Origin: Felis catus
Taxonomy: Eukaryota
NCBI RefSeq assembly: GCF_018350175.1
Contig: NC_058377.1
Coordinates: 114,948,001-115,012,000 of the forward strand
Length of the DNA: 64,000 nucleotides
Direction: 5' to 3'
Part shown: piece by piece, positions 22,601-37,600 of the stretch
Layout of the letters: every line of letters starts with the position of its first letter
Numbering within the stretch: the first letter of the stretch is position 1
Notes under the pieces: generated by a model
Told to the model about the DNA's origin: nothing
The model's input: only the letters and a program-made list of their open reading frames with translations
Databases searched by the model: none
Made by a program: the position numbers and the translations under genes

Positions 22601-25600
22601 GCCAGGCTGGCTCCGTGGGGACTCCACTCGTTCGTCCCAATGTTTCCACCACTTTGGCAGAAGTCTATAAAAAGCATTAAAAAACTCACTAGCAAAGCCA
22701 ACAAAAGAAAACCCAAACGGCAAAAAGGACCAGCGCAGCACAGATCTACGCAGCTGCCCGCACACAGGTAGAGTGCACGCCAGGGGCTCGGTGGTGTGCA
22801 TGCGAGGGACGGAGGAGAACCCCTGCAGTCAGTCCTGCCTGCTCGGCGCTGGCACGACCCAGCCGGGACCCTGAGGCCACTGTCTAATGGAGAATCAGCG
22901 AGCAAGCGCGGTGCTGGCCCTGAGGAGTCGAGTTTCTAACACAAGGAGACACAGACGGGAGACACGAGGAACACCTCAGGGACGGTATGACCGTGGTGTG
23001 GATTCCCCAGCTCCAATAGCCGGGAGCGATGACCGACCCCTGGCAGAGAACTCGCATGGAGCTCAGTTTGCTATTGTGAGTCCTGCTCCGGCGGACAGGA
23101 GAGAGCATCCCCGAAAAAGGGGAGAGGCCACACGAGGCACGCAGACACAGGTGGCCACTCCAGCACAGCCCCAAGCAGGAAGCTGGGACAGCACCGGGTC
23201 TCCGCCCTGACGGTGGGGGACACAGGGCACGTCCAACACACACCGAGTCACAAGAAAGCTCACTGGCATGGCGAGGACACACGCCGCCCGGTCCCTGCGT
23301 GGGCGAGGACGCGCAGCACTCTGGTTCACAGACTGCCGACAGGGTACAAAGTGCTACGCGACCTGGGACGCACATCTACCCAATGAGCCGGCAGCCGGGT
23401 CCTGCGCTGACCCGAAATGAAACCCTGCCCACAGGAGACGGGTACTCGAACGGGCAGGACTTCGCGCCTTTGTCCTCCACGGCCGTGATCACAACACAAA
23501 GTCGACCCTGGACAGCAAACGGGACAAAGTGCGGCCTTTCCGTGTATGGGGGGGCAGACTTGGGGGGGGGGCTCCCTCAACAAGCAGAAGCCAGCCAGCC
23601 ACTGGCACCCACAACCACACACGCTAAGCTGGAGCACATTCAGCACCTCACAAAGGTCTCGTTACGTGAAGTCTGAAAACACACCAAACTGACACCCAGT
23701 GCTGAGGAGGACAGCAGGGCTGCCTGGCGGGGCTGGGACGGGACCTGCCTGGGACGGGACCTGGCTGGCGGGGCTGGGACGGGAACCGGCTGGGACGGGA
23801 CCCGCCTAGGACGGGACCCGGCTGGCGGGGCTGGGACCTGGCTGGAGGGGCTGGGACGGGCAGGGCCAAGCCAGCTGGACGTTACGTCTATCAAACCTGG
23901 AACCACACGGAGCGGACACACCACATTCTTATCTCGATGAAGTGGACTTTAAAGACCTCGGATCATAAGCCGTGAATAAGACAGGTGTCCGTGAGGCCGC
24001 ACTGGTCACACGTGATGGAGAGAAGGAAAGGGGCCCCTGGGAGCACAGTGCTGACTGAAGAACGCACAGCTTGGAGACACGTGGCAAGAAAGCAATGAAT
24101 TAATCATTGTAATTGCTCCCACACAGCAAAGTCCAGGACCGGGGTCTTCCTGATCTACTGTGGCATTTAGGGAAAAGAAAAGGCAATTCTGCCAAATTCT
24201 CCAGAAGCTTCCTAACCAACGACACGAAGGCCAAGCAGCCCCGACACGCACGCAGAGAGCACGGCCGCAGGGACCTCACCGCCCACAGTGGGCGTTCGCA
24301 AGGATGACGCGGACCAGACCCAGCTGGCCCACAAGACGTCCGTGTGCCACTTCTGCTACTTGAAAACCCAGGTGACGGCGGCAGGAGGGACTCCAGGGGA
24401 AGGCCCTGTGGGGCGAGCGTGCGGCCCTCGCCGAGCCAGCACACCCGGGCTTACCTGCTCTCCTCCTGCGTTTTGCGGGGGCTCGGGGCTCCACGGGGCG
24501 CTGGTACACGGCAGTGCTCAGACCGGCAGCGACAGCCTCAATGGTCTCATCCAGCAGAGAAGACATGAGGTACCGCGGGACATGCTACACGAGAAGGAGG
24601 GTGCCGTCAGCAAGGCGACTGCCCTCAGGCTGTTCATACCGCCCGCTGTGTCCCGTGAGGACTCTGGGCAGCCCTGCCGGGGAGCCCTCGAGGGTCAACC
24701 CTACACACGCCCCCGCCAGGCTAACCGCAAAAGCCAGACGGCCACCAAGAGCTTCCTGTGGGCACTACGGGGCCGGGCCGGGGCGGGGCGGGGGGGGGGG
24801 GGGGGGGGTGTGCTCCTGAGAAGCAAGTTCAGGGTGAGAATAAAGAGTGAGGGCCAGGCAGGCTGCAAGGAGCCAACGGCACAGCCAGTGCCAACGAGTC
24901 AGCACACCGTGCCGGTGCAGAGCCAGCCGGCACAGTCTGGGGACCGGAGAGAAGAGATCGAGGGACAGAGAGGAAAGAGCAGCCAGATGCAGGGCACCAG
25001 GTGGACACAGGAGCGGGTGATGGCGTGGGGCACCAGCCCCCACAAAGTCCTCCGCCCCTCCCCATCGGCTGATGCCCCCTTGGGTGAGCACGCCGACCTG
25101 TGACAGGCACTGCTGCCCCTGGTTGGTGCTGCTACAGACGGGGCGCACACCCGGAGGGAGGCTGGAAGGGTCGGCATGGGGCCCTCCCTGCAGGACTGTG
25201 GACTGGAAGAGACCAGCTCTCTGCTCCTGCTCCCTTGGGCCTGCCGGGCTCGGTTCCCCGCACGGCAGCCAGGACACGCCTGCAGGTGCACGCTGCTGCC
25301 CTCGCAGGCCCCACCCTGCCGTCCGCACCCCTCTGCTGTGCCCACCACCCAGAGCATTTGGGCAGCCAAGGTGCACCAAGACGGGGGCGGGCAGCACCCA
25401 GAGGGGCTGAACCAGGAGCAGCCTCGCAGCCACAGCGTCGTGCGCACCCACCTGGATTCTTCTGGCGGTGGAGATCCGATTCCGGTTCACGGTCTCTCGG
25501 ACTCTCTCGCTCTGTCGTGTCCTGGCAATGGCACGGGTCCTCCCCACGTGAGGCCGAAGCCGGCTGGTGGTGGGCACCACGTCAGCCAAGATCAGGGAGA

Positions 25601-28600
25601 CCTCCTCCTCACTCACGGGACCTGCATCTGGGAAGAAAGAAAACCCTGGACTGATGTGGGGCTGCCACGCCCCCATCCTGGCAGGGGGACTGAGTGGGAG
25701 GCGGGGGGCATCCCCCTGGAGCCTGGGCTGCCCTGCCGGAGAGCCCTGCAAGTTCTCCCACAAGACGAGAAGCCCCCCCGCCCCCCTCAGCACGCCCTGC
25801 CTGAGAAGGAAACATTACCAGCGGTGGGAGCAGCTCCAGGGGCAGCACATTCGGGACAGAACCACTCGTCCACTGGTACCTCCTGGAGAGGAGGGTCCAA
25901 ACATTCCATGTGGTACCTACCGGAACACAAGGGTGGCAGACAAGCGTCAGTCTCCCTGCCGTAACTGAGTGAGCCACACAACAGTCATCCAAATGTGCCC
26001 AAGGCCGCCGTGCACCCTGCTATAGACTGGACTGTGTCCCCTGAAAGCAAACACTCAGTGTGACCATATTTGGAGATGGGGCCTCTGGGGAAGGGGGGAA
26101 TTAAATGAGGTCATGAGGGTGGGCACCGTGGACCCAGGTCCTTAGGAAAGAGAGGGACCCCGAGCTCCCTCTCCCCAGCAGAGGGGACACCACAAGCACA
26201 CAGCAAGAAGGTGCTGCTGGCAGCCTGGGTCGCCTCCCCAGAGCCTGACCCTGAGGCACCTGGAGCCCACCCAGAGGTGTGCTCAGAAGGGAGACAGCAG
26301 GCTGGTGATACTCCCGCAGTCCTTCCCGGGGGCATGCCGGGGATCTCTGCTCACCAAAAGGGGCCCTGACAGCCCCTGAACCCTGCAGGGGAGGCACGCT
26401 ACGTGGACGGACCGAGCTAAGAAAGTGGCCACCTGACCCGGGCCACTGCGTCCTGTGGGGGCTCTGCCACTGACCGTGGCAGGGATCTGGCGCCTGCCTG
26501 TGGCTGGAGGCTCATCTCCGGTTAGCAGACATCAGCTTGCCCTCCCCCAACCCGGCTGTCACTCAGCAGCCCCGAGAGTTTCAAACGTTGACACCTTACA
26601 CTTCATACTCCAGTCTGAGAAGCTCAGGGAAAAAGAAAGGTTCTGTCTGCTGAAAGCAAATGGAAATGTAGCCTAACCGTGGTTTTCCAGGTGCTTCAAT
26701 CCAGTCTTCATGGAAAGCAGTTTGGGAGGAGTCACCGCTGGCATGGGCCACCTGCGCCAGCCTGCTCCAAACTTCATCCCAAGACCCCACACAGCCCCGA
26801 GCCAGGCAAAACCCCACGCGGACACCCTGCCCCAAAGACACGAGGGCAGACTCAACTCCGCTTACAGACCACGTACTGCTCACGGTGCTGGCACACGAGC
26901 AGCCAGGGACACAGAATTCCAGGTGGAAGCCCTCACTCCATGAACCCCTCGCCAGGACCTCACATGAGAACCGCAGGGATGGGGGTGAGGGGGCTCCTCC
27001 TAGAGTGTAACTCAGCCCAGCGTCAAGTCCTAGGGAGCACCCCAAAACCCCAAGTGGATTCCAGCCTCAGAAGATCCTCCCCTATGTGGTCTCGGGAACA
27101 AAATCTCACAAAGCATTCCAAGGATCCAACACGGGCCACCCTACGTTCTCCTCACACAAGCTCCAGGGCCTCAAGCAGAGGCCACTGGTGCGTGTGACGG
27201 GTGCCCAACCCGGCCAGCCTACGTCCAGCACAGTCACCCCACGGGGTAGACTCACACCCAGTGAGGGCCACAAGATGCCCACGAGGATGGGGGCATAGCT
27301 CCCGTGCCAGGCATGCTGCTCTGCCCAGCAGTCACAGCCCCCGAGAATGGACCGCCTACCCAGCAAGGACAGCTGTGGCTACGTGATGCGGTGATGTCAA
27401 CTGTCTCCCTAGTGACTGCCCCTCTATGTTAAACAGAGAAGTTTAAAAAATCAGAGGTCCTCTCTGTCTTACTTCCTGTAACAACGAAAGGATGTGGCAT
27501 GTTCCTGTTATCTACAGAAAACCTTACGACTCTATTTTCAGAAGAATAGTAATTTCAGACTTGATTTTTAAGTTAAAAAACAACCGTTAACGAAAACTGA
27601 GCAGACTGCAGGGGTGCCTGTGGGGCTCAGTCACCGAAGCATCTGACTTGGGCTCAGGTCAAGATCTCTCGGCTCATGGGTTCGAGCTCCACATCAGGCT
27701 CTGTGCTGACAGCTCAGAGCCTGGAGCCTGCTTCGGATTCTGTCTCTCCCTCTCTGTCCCTCTCCCACTCTCTCTCTCTCTCTCTCTCAAAAATAAAAAA
27801 AAAAAAAACATTAAAAAAACAAATTGAGCAGACTGCAAATATTAACAGCCTGAGAACGTTTGGACACGTAAGACCTACACTTAAAGAGCCGTAACGTTTA
27901 GCTCCATCAGCATCTTTTTGTAGAGTGCTGTCCGCAAGGCCAGCAGAAGACACCCAAGTTTAGCACTCGGCCGGGGGGCCGTGGGCTGCAGAGGCAGGGC
28001 TAGCGACAAGGGCCACGGGCAGGCCTTCTTCCCACCTCGAATGGCCTCTCCTGCAGCATCCAGCTGTCCTAGGCCCTTCCTTCACATGCCCAGAATGGCC
28101 ACGAACACACCGGGAAAGGATCTGTTTTAGGTGTGAGCAGAGTTCTGAGGGCTAAGCTACCCTCTTGGCCCCAGGTCCCTACGAAACCACATTTCTTCAG
28201 CTTCCTGCTTGCACTCAGTCCCATCAGTAAATTAGCACAGGGACAGCAAGAGCAGGGCGCTGGCTCTGTCACCCAAGGCAGCACTCTCCTGTCTGCCAGA
28301 CTCACAGCCACCAGTGAGCGGGGGCCGTCAGACCAGGCGACTCCCAGAGACCCCACGCTGGAGCACTGACCCAGCACGCGCACAGGCAGAGCCTCGCAAG
28401 AAGGGAGACCAGACCGCGCGTATCTGAGCCTAGCAGGTGGGACTGGAGAGGGAGGCCCCTGGGAGGTGCCTCAGGAAGACAAAACGCACAGCACATGGCA
28501 TCTGTCTGGGGGAGGAAGGCACCCGGAAGGTGGGCTCCGGTCAGCGGTCAAAGGGAATAAACTCTGCGCCTCCAGAGCCAGCTCTGGGCCCACCAGGGCT

Positions 28601-31600
28601 TGACACTTCCTACCTCCTGCTGCTTCTCAGTCCAGGCCTCAAAGGAGCTACCTGTTACCCAAGAGAAAGTTCCAAACCTGCCAGCCTCACGGGATTCTCT
28701 GCCACTCGTGCCCCAAAGGAGAAGTTTCTGTAGCCCTCTCACCACAGCCTGGTGGCAGAAAAATCCCTTAGACACCCAGCAATGCCTCCTGTGCTGGAAG
28801 GAGGCCCAAGAAAGGCTCCCAGGAGCCAGGGCCTGCTGGACACAGGGTCACCTGCCCTCACAGAAAACAGGGCTCCTGCACAAGCCCTTCCCTGGGCCGC
28901 CAGCCCCAATCTCTCACATGCCCCTCACCTTTTCGCAGTCTCGATGCGTCACGTGCATCTTTGTGAGTCTCCTTAGAATATCTTGGGGGAACGGGTAGAG
29001 GATATAAATATAGCGGGAATAAAAGAGCCTGGGAGACCTGCTGGTTACCCACCAGCGGCCTGGGATTCAGCGTTCTGAATACCGGGGGGCGTGGTCCCCC
29101 TGAGCATCACAGAGAAGATCTGTGGGTACGAAGCACAGAAGCAGCCCTGCAGGACTTCCCTCTAACACATTAACACTCCAGTCTCAGAGGCTGGGCTCGG
29201 CAGGGACCGGGGCACGAAGGCCTCGTCTGCCTCGGAAGCCGCCGTGCTCACCCTGCGTCACAGCCGTCGCAGAGAAGCAGCCGGTCCTCCCGGTCGCTCC
29301 TGCCACACACTTCACAAAAGGTGGGGTCTTCCTCCTCATCCCGGCCGGCTCTGGCGTTTTCCACAGGAATCTGAAACAGAGAAGCCCCGCTGGTCAGCGA
29401 CAAGCGGAGCCCAAATCCGAGGCGCGGCTGCCGGGCCGGTGCAGAGCACACTGAGCCGCCTCGCGACACGCACGCAGGCTCCGTGGGCCCGGAGGCTCTG
29501 GGGCAAAGTGCACACGGCAACCACGTGCAGGCAGTTAGCCAAGAGAAACAGCGAACCCAACGGAAAACAAAGGACGACCCATGGAAAGGTCCCGCAGACC
29601 AAGCAGGTGGGGACACCCAGGGCAGCGGCGCTGGAGACATGAAGAGGGAAGAGAATAAAAGCCGGAGGCCTTCATTCTCTCGAGAACCGTGGCTGTGGCG
29701 GTCAAGTGCGCTGCTGCGCCGTGGCAGCGGTGGTCACAGCTGCGCATGGAGAACAGCCCACTACGGGCAGGCGAGGAGGCGCGACCACCAAGACTCCGTG
29801 ATCCAGGGCCTGAGACGCACAGGGTGTTCTGACGCTTCCTTCCCCTGCCCGTCTCCCCGCGCCCCGGAACAACACGGCCTCCGCGCTTCTCTCCGTCCGT
29901 CCGCGTCAGCACCCCCAGGTCACACACCCCACCGCTCACTTGCCCTTTACTTCGGGGCCAGGATGGGACTCGGGGGCCTCCCCAGCCTCCGGCATCGTCT
30001 GCACTGGACTTGGAGTCACTCTCCGATCTTCCCCAACTGCACTAGCCGGTGTGCCCCCCGGACTCCCCACCCCCCAGGTCCCCACACACACAGGAAGGGC
30101 TTGGGGACATGCACTTGGGTGGCAGATGCTCCAGGTAGGTGAGGACCGGCTACACGGAAACGGAGGCCCCGGTTCCAGGGAAGGAGGACAGTGTCTGGGA
30201 CAGGTGACGGGGGCCCGAACGAGCAGAAGCAGAGCCGCCACCTCCAGCCCAGCACTGTGCCCACGAGAAATCTGCACACGAAGAGCCAAGTCCCCGCGCA
30301 TCTATGGCTTTGTGCGCCACGTAAATAAAACGGCAGGTCTATGGCTAGCTGCACGACACACGTCGAAGGCGGGTCCTCGAGTCTCTGTAACGTTTCTCCT
30401 CAGCAACAGAAGACGTTAACAGGCCCTTCAAGCCTCTCACGAGCAGACGAGCCAAAGAACAAAGGAGAACCACTTCCTGTCCCCAGCCCCCTGGCACACG
30501 GCCCCGCCCCGGCCCAGCACCAGCAGATGCGTGGTCCCGAGACAGCAGGCGTCCTCTCCCAGGTCTGGCCTCCCCCGTGGCTGTCGTGGCCGAAGAGAAG
30601 CTGTGAGCTGTAGAGAAGGCTTGTGGGAGCGGGGGAGAGGAAGTGCGAGGGACACGCCAGCTGCACCGCCCACAGCACGCGGGCCCGTCGACAAGACAGC
30701 ACACCCCTCTGGCCGCTGCTCGCGCTCTAGACACTTCTGCGGGTTTCTCAAAAGCACTTAACCAGTATTTACTCACTTCAGGAAAGCAAATCAGCTTGTG
30801 AGCGCACGTTCTCCCATTAGACAGGGACCAACATGATAAGGTGTGGGGAGGGGCCCTCTAGCACAGCATCTGCACTTACCTTCTTCAAGATTTTACCGCC
30901 AAACCGAGCTCGAATACAGATACATTTAAATATAGTTCGATCGACTGGACAGGAATTGGCATTCTGTAAGAAATAAAAATTGCATCGGGATCCTATAGGA
31001 TCGTTTTCACGATTAATACCACATTCAAAATAAAACATTCCCTTAGAAGCGAGAACTTCGTCTTACACTGAAAATCTACTTTCTACGGTCCACGTGCCCC
31101 GTGCCGAGTGGCTGGGAGCACAGCAGCGAAGCCAAAAGACAAACCTCCACCGTGCAGGGCTGCTCTCCTCCTGGGGAGGAGGGAAGGCAGGCTAGCTGTG
31201 AGCGCACACGTAACATGCACGCACGTATGCGCACACACGCGCACGCGTGGCACGCACGTGCTAAATGCTAGGCACAAAGCGGGATGGGGGCCTTCCTGGG
31301 CTGGCCTCCAGCCAGGCCAGCCAGGATGCTGGCCATTTCTGCGTCCCCTACCCCCTGGGCCGCGGTTCTCCGCGTGCACGAGGTTGCTCAACATCTGTTT
31401 CTTAGTAAATGCTGGTATTTCTTCACATAGTGTGGCCGGCTGCCCATCAAATGTGACAAATGTTTCTTCTTTGCTAATACGGTTTGGACACGTAGAAGTT
31501 TGTTTTAAAATACCTCTATCGTGCAGATCATACCCAACAACATGCACTCGAAACCTGACAAATTGACATCTGTGTGGTCAGCACCCAAGCCCTCCAGCCC

Positions 31601-34600
31601 CTCCCACCCACCCCTGCTCCGTCCCCTGGGGCTCCAGATGCCTGCCCTCAGGACCGGGACTCCAGCAGCACACGCCCACTCTTCACCAGCAGGTGCGTCC
31701 GAACGGTCGCCGGTGGTCGCCGGTTCCCGTGCCGTGTCCCACGCGGCGGGTAAAGACAAGCCGCCCACCCACCCGAGCAGGGTCTGCGCAGACGGACTCC
31801 CATCCTCTCGCCAGCTCACAGGGCAACGGTGCATGAGCCACGTGGCTGGACACGTTACACCACCTCCACTCTGGGAGGTCCAGAGGCTCCCATCCTCCCG
31901 GGTCTCTGGTCTACACTGCGCTAAGCCTCCTTCCCTGTCCCGACAGTTCCCGCATTTTCCCACGAAGGCTTCAGAGCACCACTTGCTAACTTCCAATCCT
32001 GGGGGGGGGGCACGAGCGGGCCCCCTTCCTCTCCATCTCTCCCACATGCCTGGAGAGCCCCGCTCCCCGCAGTGTGAGACGCTACCTGTTTGCCGTGTGT
32101 GGTTGTCCCTACGAGTCCCCGCCACGCTCCCGGGGCCTGGTCTCCATTCCCGGACCAACCTGGTATACTCACCGGAGTTGTACAGATCCTAACAGCCGGC
32201 ACGCGACTGCCCTTTTTCAAAAGGACTGCCAATTCTTGGCATTTGCTTTCTCTCCTCTATGAATCTCACGGCCCTGCTAGGCCCTGATGCTCTGGTTAGG
32301 GTGGCAATGAACTTGTACATGACTGCCATCTCTCTGAGGTGGGATTTCCCTTCCAGAAAGTGCTTTCTTCAGTCAGTCTCAAAGGTTTTAGAAAACCTCT
32401 CTAAAGGTCTCACGTGTCTTTTCAGGACTTACTTCTACGTATACTGTAACTTTTAATCTGTATTAATCTTGTGTCTGGCAATCTTGCCGAACTCCACGTT
32501 ACAGCAGCTCCTCGGTAAGATATCTGTATCGATAACTTACTACTTGCAAACGATAATTTCTCCTACGTGACACTTACACCTTTGTTTTCTCCTCACACTA
32601 TTCCAGTACAACACCGACTAGGAGACAACCACCACCTGGTGGTGTTCCTCCATTTCCAAGGCTCTGCCCGCCACAAAAACCTAAACCTTGATCTGACGTG
32701 TGCTATGGATCCAGCGCCACAGAGCAGGAACTAGTGGCATCAGGACGGGGAAGCCCTCCATCGACAGACACCACAGGGAGCCAGCAGCCGCGTGGCCATG
32801 CGGACGGGTCACACAAACTCCCGCTGGAGACGCTCTGAGCTCTCTGGGAAAACGGGGAGCAGGGCTGGGGCTAGAGGCTCCGGTGCTGCTGTTAATCTCG
32901 CTGAGGTGGTGGCATGGAGCTCTGCCACCCTCACACTCCGTCCATGTTGGTGAACTTACAGGGGAGGGGGGAGAGGATGAGACAAAACACGGAAAGCAGA
33001 CTTAACGGTTCCTGAAGATGGGGGTGGGGGGCCCACACCGCTCCTCCTGTACCGTTCTACTTCTTTGAAATGTCTCACGGTAGAAAGTTTAATACAAGGG
33101 GGCTCCTGCTTCTAAAATTCATCACGAAATACACCGTGTCTTTCTGGTAAATTCCCTTCAACTGTTTCAAGGATGGCTCCCTTCACTGCCGGTTATGACT
33201 CACTGCCAAACTGAATCGCGTGCTTTCTCTGCCTCTTTGAGATGACCCCACCTTGTGAGACTACAGCATACTAGGCTGACTCTGCTGGCCACACACTGCG
33301 CCCAGGTCATTCAGGATTTCTGCAGACAGGTCCCCCAGGGATACCAACCCATAAATAATCCTCCTCATCCAATGACCCACAGTGAGCTTTATCAGCAACC
33401 CCAACGGCACACCAACAAAGCAAAGACCGGTCTAGGACCCAACCCTGTGGCCCCAATTTCTACTGTAGGGGAGAGAGAAGCGCCAGCAAAAGGCTAGCAA
33501 CTGACAGGGTCACTTGCAAGTGGACAGAGGGGGGTGCCCGGGTGGTTCGGTCGGTTGAGCCTGACTCTCGATGTCGGCTCAGACCACGATCTCATAGTTC
33601 GTGGGCTGTGCTAACAGCACAGAGCCTGCCTGGGGCTCTCACTCTCCCCCCCTCTCTGCTCCTCTCCCATAAATAAACTTAATGAAAACAAAAAGTCAAC
33701 GGAGAGAGGCCATCCTGAAGGAAGAACCTCAGAGCCTCGCTCACCTTCGACCATTCCACAATACAGTCCAGGCAGAAATAATGGGCACAGTTCTCCGGTG
33801 TCCCCAGGGCCTGGTCCCGGAAAGCATTGAGACAAATCGGGCAGCTCTCGGAATCGTCATCAGAATTAAATGCGCCATTGGCTTCCAACGTCCCCTGAGT
33901 ATCCGCCACGGCCACTAACGTTTCCAAGCCTCCTCCTTCTCTTCCTTCTTCTTCAGAATCTTCAGAACCTTGAGAAAGAAGGAGCACAACTTTGTGAGCC
34001 GGGACACTGGAAGCACGCAGCCCACGACTGCACTCAGGAAAGTGTGTTTCCAAACCCCACACTCAAGGGACAGATCCCTTTCCTGCAGCCCTGCCCAGTG
34101 TAACCATCCCCGAGCACCTCACCCTGAAGCTGTGTCCAAGCTAAGGGGATGTGACACTGGCTGAGTGGCCATACCAGCTCCTCTAGCCCCCACCTGGAGG
34201 CAGAATCAGAACCTCACGATCAGGGCAGGTCCCAGGGGCCACCCCCTTCTGACAACTGGGTTCCCTGCGTGGCCCTGCTCGGCACAGCAGCCTCCAGACG
34301 GCGCCACGTGACCCCAAAACCCTTCTCAAAACATGATGTTAACAAGCCATCTGTCTCCGGGCGACACCTCTCTTACAGCTCTCGTTTTTCTTTCTTTGGG
34401 GATGTAGGGAACATAGATCCCTAACTAGGCAATTTGGCCACAACAGTTCTGATCAGTTTCTGAGAAGTTCTAAGGCTGGGACTTGACCAGGAGAAAAGGA
34501 GACACTTTGAGTTCAGCACAGCAGTTGACACATGTGTTTAGTTTTCTCTCCCTCCCAAATTCCACTAAAATAGAGACCCGAATTCACTTGCACCAGAGGT

Positions 34601-37600
34601 GTGGCAGGCAGGGTCCTCACGAGCCCCAGCACTCCTCCCCATCCAATCCACTGAAGTGTGGACAGACCAAGTGACTCAATTCCCTCTGCATGGCGGAGGG
34701 AACAATCCCTGGGGGCTCAAACTATTCAGGTGACTCCTCTAACAGCCATGCTCCCCAGATGGTTGCAGAGAAAGAAGTCAGGGGGATGTGCTCCCGCGGC
34801 TGACATGACGTGCCGTGCGGACGGTGAGGACAGTCTCCGGCCGGCAGCCGGCCAGCAGTCAGGACCTCAGCCCTACCCCCGCAAGGATCTGGATCCTGCC
34901 AACAAGCAGTGACCCCAGTGGAGGACCCTGAACCTCAGACAGGAATCGTGGCCCTGTGACCCCTTGATGTCAGCTGGTGAGACCTGCGCGAAGGACCAGC
35001 AACCCACACCTGGACAGCTGGCCCCGCAAACACGGAGACAGTGAGCGCCCTGTCCTGAGCTGCCAGGTTGGTGACGATTCGTTACACGGCAAGGAAAAAA
35101 AAGAAAAGAAACTAATGAAATTGGCACGTACAAAATTTTGGAAAAGGCCAGGCAGAAAGCTGCGTGAACACGGGACTTTGCTCTGCTTTCCTGCTTTGCT
35201 GGAAAGGGCCAAGGAAGCAGAAGCAGGTCAAAGCCAGGTGACCAGGCTCTTCCTACTGAATTCCGAAAGGCAAAGAACTGTCCACCTGAGGGCCACCTGG
35301 GCCTTGTGCAGCACCTCGGCTCACAGAGCAATGCCTCCGAAGTCTCTGAGGGACAGTGACCAGCACTGATGAGGGTGGACACTCGTGCAGATGCGTGAGG
35401 CCCCGACTCATCTACCTCTGCCCACCCCTTCTCAGGGGCTGCTGGAGGTGCTCCTGACCAGTCGGGGGGGGCAAACCGAGGACAGTGCAGATGAGGGTGC
35501 CAGCCTGGCTTGGCAGTGGGCAGTGGGCCTGAAAACCCGAGTGCTGAGGAACACAGGGTCCCGGAGAAGGGCATGGTCCCCGCTGGAGGAGACTGGAGTG
35601 GCCCAGGGCCGTGCCCGGAGCCGGCCACCGTGACTCACACTCCCTCGTCCACGACGGCTCCCTGCAGCGCTCCCTGTGGCGCTCGTGAGCGCGCAGCCTG
35701 GGGAGCGGGGGCAGGCCACACGCAGATCAGAGCCCTAAGTCCTCAGGTTTTATGGTAAGACTTAAGCAGATAATACTTAAATTGGAAACTCAGCAGACAG
35801 CAGTCAAGCGGTTTTCAGGAACAAACACTAGAGCAAGAAAAGCAACAAGTAGAAAAAGCACCCCTGGGAAGGGCCAGGCCTAAAGGGGTGCAGGAAGTGC
35901 CCTTGTAGGAAACTCCCTTCTCAAGGTCTGACCACACTTCCCACACGGCACCTCTTTCGCTTCAAAGACCGAAGGGCACACGATCACGCTTCCAGGCCCG
36001 CCAGCCACGCCCAGGGCCCCGCGGCCTCCCTTCCTGGGGCTCCTCGCCACCTGCAGGCTCCGGTCCCGCATCTCCTTCTCTCCTGTCCTTCAGATCACAG
36101 CTTAGACGGGGCCTCTCTGGAAGTCTCTTGCTTCTCCAGGGCCATAGAGCGCCCTTCCCGCGACACCCCTGCACACCCACTCTTGACACGTATTACCCTT
36201 ATTATAACTACTTCTTTGTGCCACTGTATCTGCTGCTAAGTGGTGAGCTCAGGAGCAGCAGGGACCCCAGCCGAGCTGGCTCCTGCGCTCCCTCGGGCCC
36301 TGCCCAGATTCTCTGGCATCCAACAGGCCCTCAGACCTTTGCTCGAGGGAGGATGTCTTCTGGCTTCAGCCCTGCCAGCGCCGACTGTCTGTGCCTGAGA
36401 CCGACGCCCCGACTCAATCTTGGGGAACATGCAGAAGAGCAGTAGTCGTGACCTGCAAACTCGGGCAGGATCTCATATCCCTGTGTACAGGATTCAACAC
36501 CTAACTCTGGGGGCGCCTGGGTGGCCCAGTCGATTGAGTGTACCACTCTTGATTTCAGCTCAGGTCATGATCTCGCTCCCAGTTTGTGTGTTTGAGTCCT
36601 GCGTCTGGGCTCCGCCCTCTCTCTGCCCCTCCCCCACTAGCGCTCTGCTCTCTCCGGAAAAAAATAAAACTTATTAAAAAAATCTAACTCTGGGGGGCGC
36701 CTGGGTGGCTCAGTCGGTTAAGCGTCCGACTTTGGCTCAGGTCATGATCTCATGGTTTGTGAGTTCGAGCCCCACGTCAGGCTCTGTGCTGACAGCTCAG
36801 AGCCTGGAGCCTGCTTCAGATTCTGTGTCTCCCTCTCTCTCTGACCCTCCCCCGTTCATGCTCTGTCTCTCTCTGTCTCAAAAATAAATAAAAATTAAAA
36901 AAAAAAATCTAATCCTGGAAGAATAGGTCACCAACACACACAAAGTTGCAAACTCACACTGGCTCATGCCACTTCAGTCCTGGTCCCTCATGAGCACTGT
37001 CGCAAACATGAAAGGTTCCCTTTCTGGAACATTCTAACACTGATAACCACGGGAGCCAGAGTCAAATACACAGATCATGGTATTTGCTTTAAGACCATGC
37101 CTCTCCTGACTTCATGACTATGCCAGAAGGAAAGCAGCCATGAGCCAAACTTCCAAAGTCCAGCACCCTGTCAGCAGAGGGCCACACGTGCCCTCTCTCA
37201 GAGGAAGGTGATCACAGCTGGTCTTGGACAGGGTAGTCCGGCCTGGGGCCCTTGCAGGCCATGCACAGCCAGGGCAGCTAGGAGGGACAGCGAAGGAGGC
37301 GCTGTCAGCCTAACCAGAGTCGCTTCAAGCAACGTTCCCTGCGCAGCAGCTGAAGGGCACAAATGCCAACCAGGAAACCCGCGCTGTGAATTCCTCAATG
37401 AAGTCATCTCCTGCGTTTGCCAGCGCTCTCGGGCTCTGGTCAGAACGAGAACAAACCACAGATGACGCCACTGACCTGTTGAGAGTCCTGGCCAGGTGGC
37501 CCCGGGCCAGCGAACCTCAGCTAGGCTAACCCTGCCCTGTACCTGCGGGTGTGGGAGCTGGGGCCACGAAGTGCACCGCCCCCCCGTGTGCTCGTCCTGG

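Noticed and set aside
36692-36780. tRNA genes at SINE heads (A/B boxes)
   Set aside because: These are tRNA-derived heads of CAN-SINEs followed by CT linker and poly-A, not cloverleaf tRNA genes.
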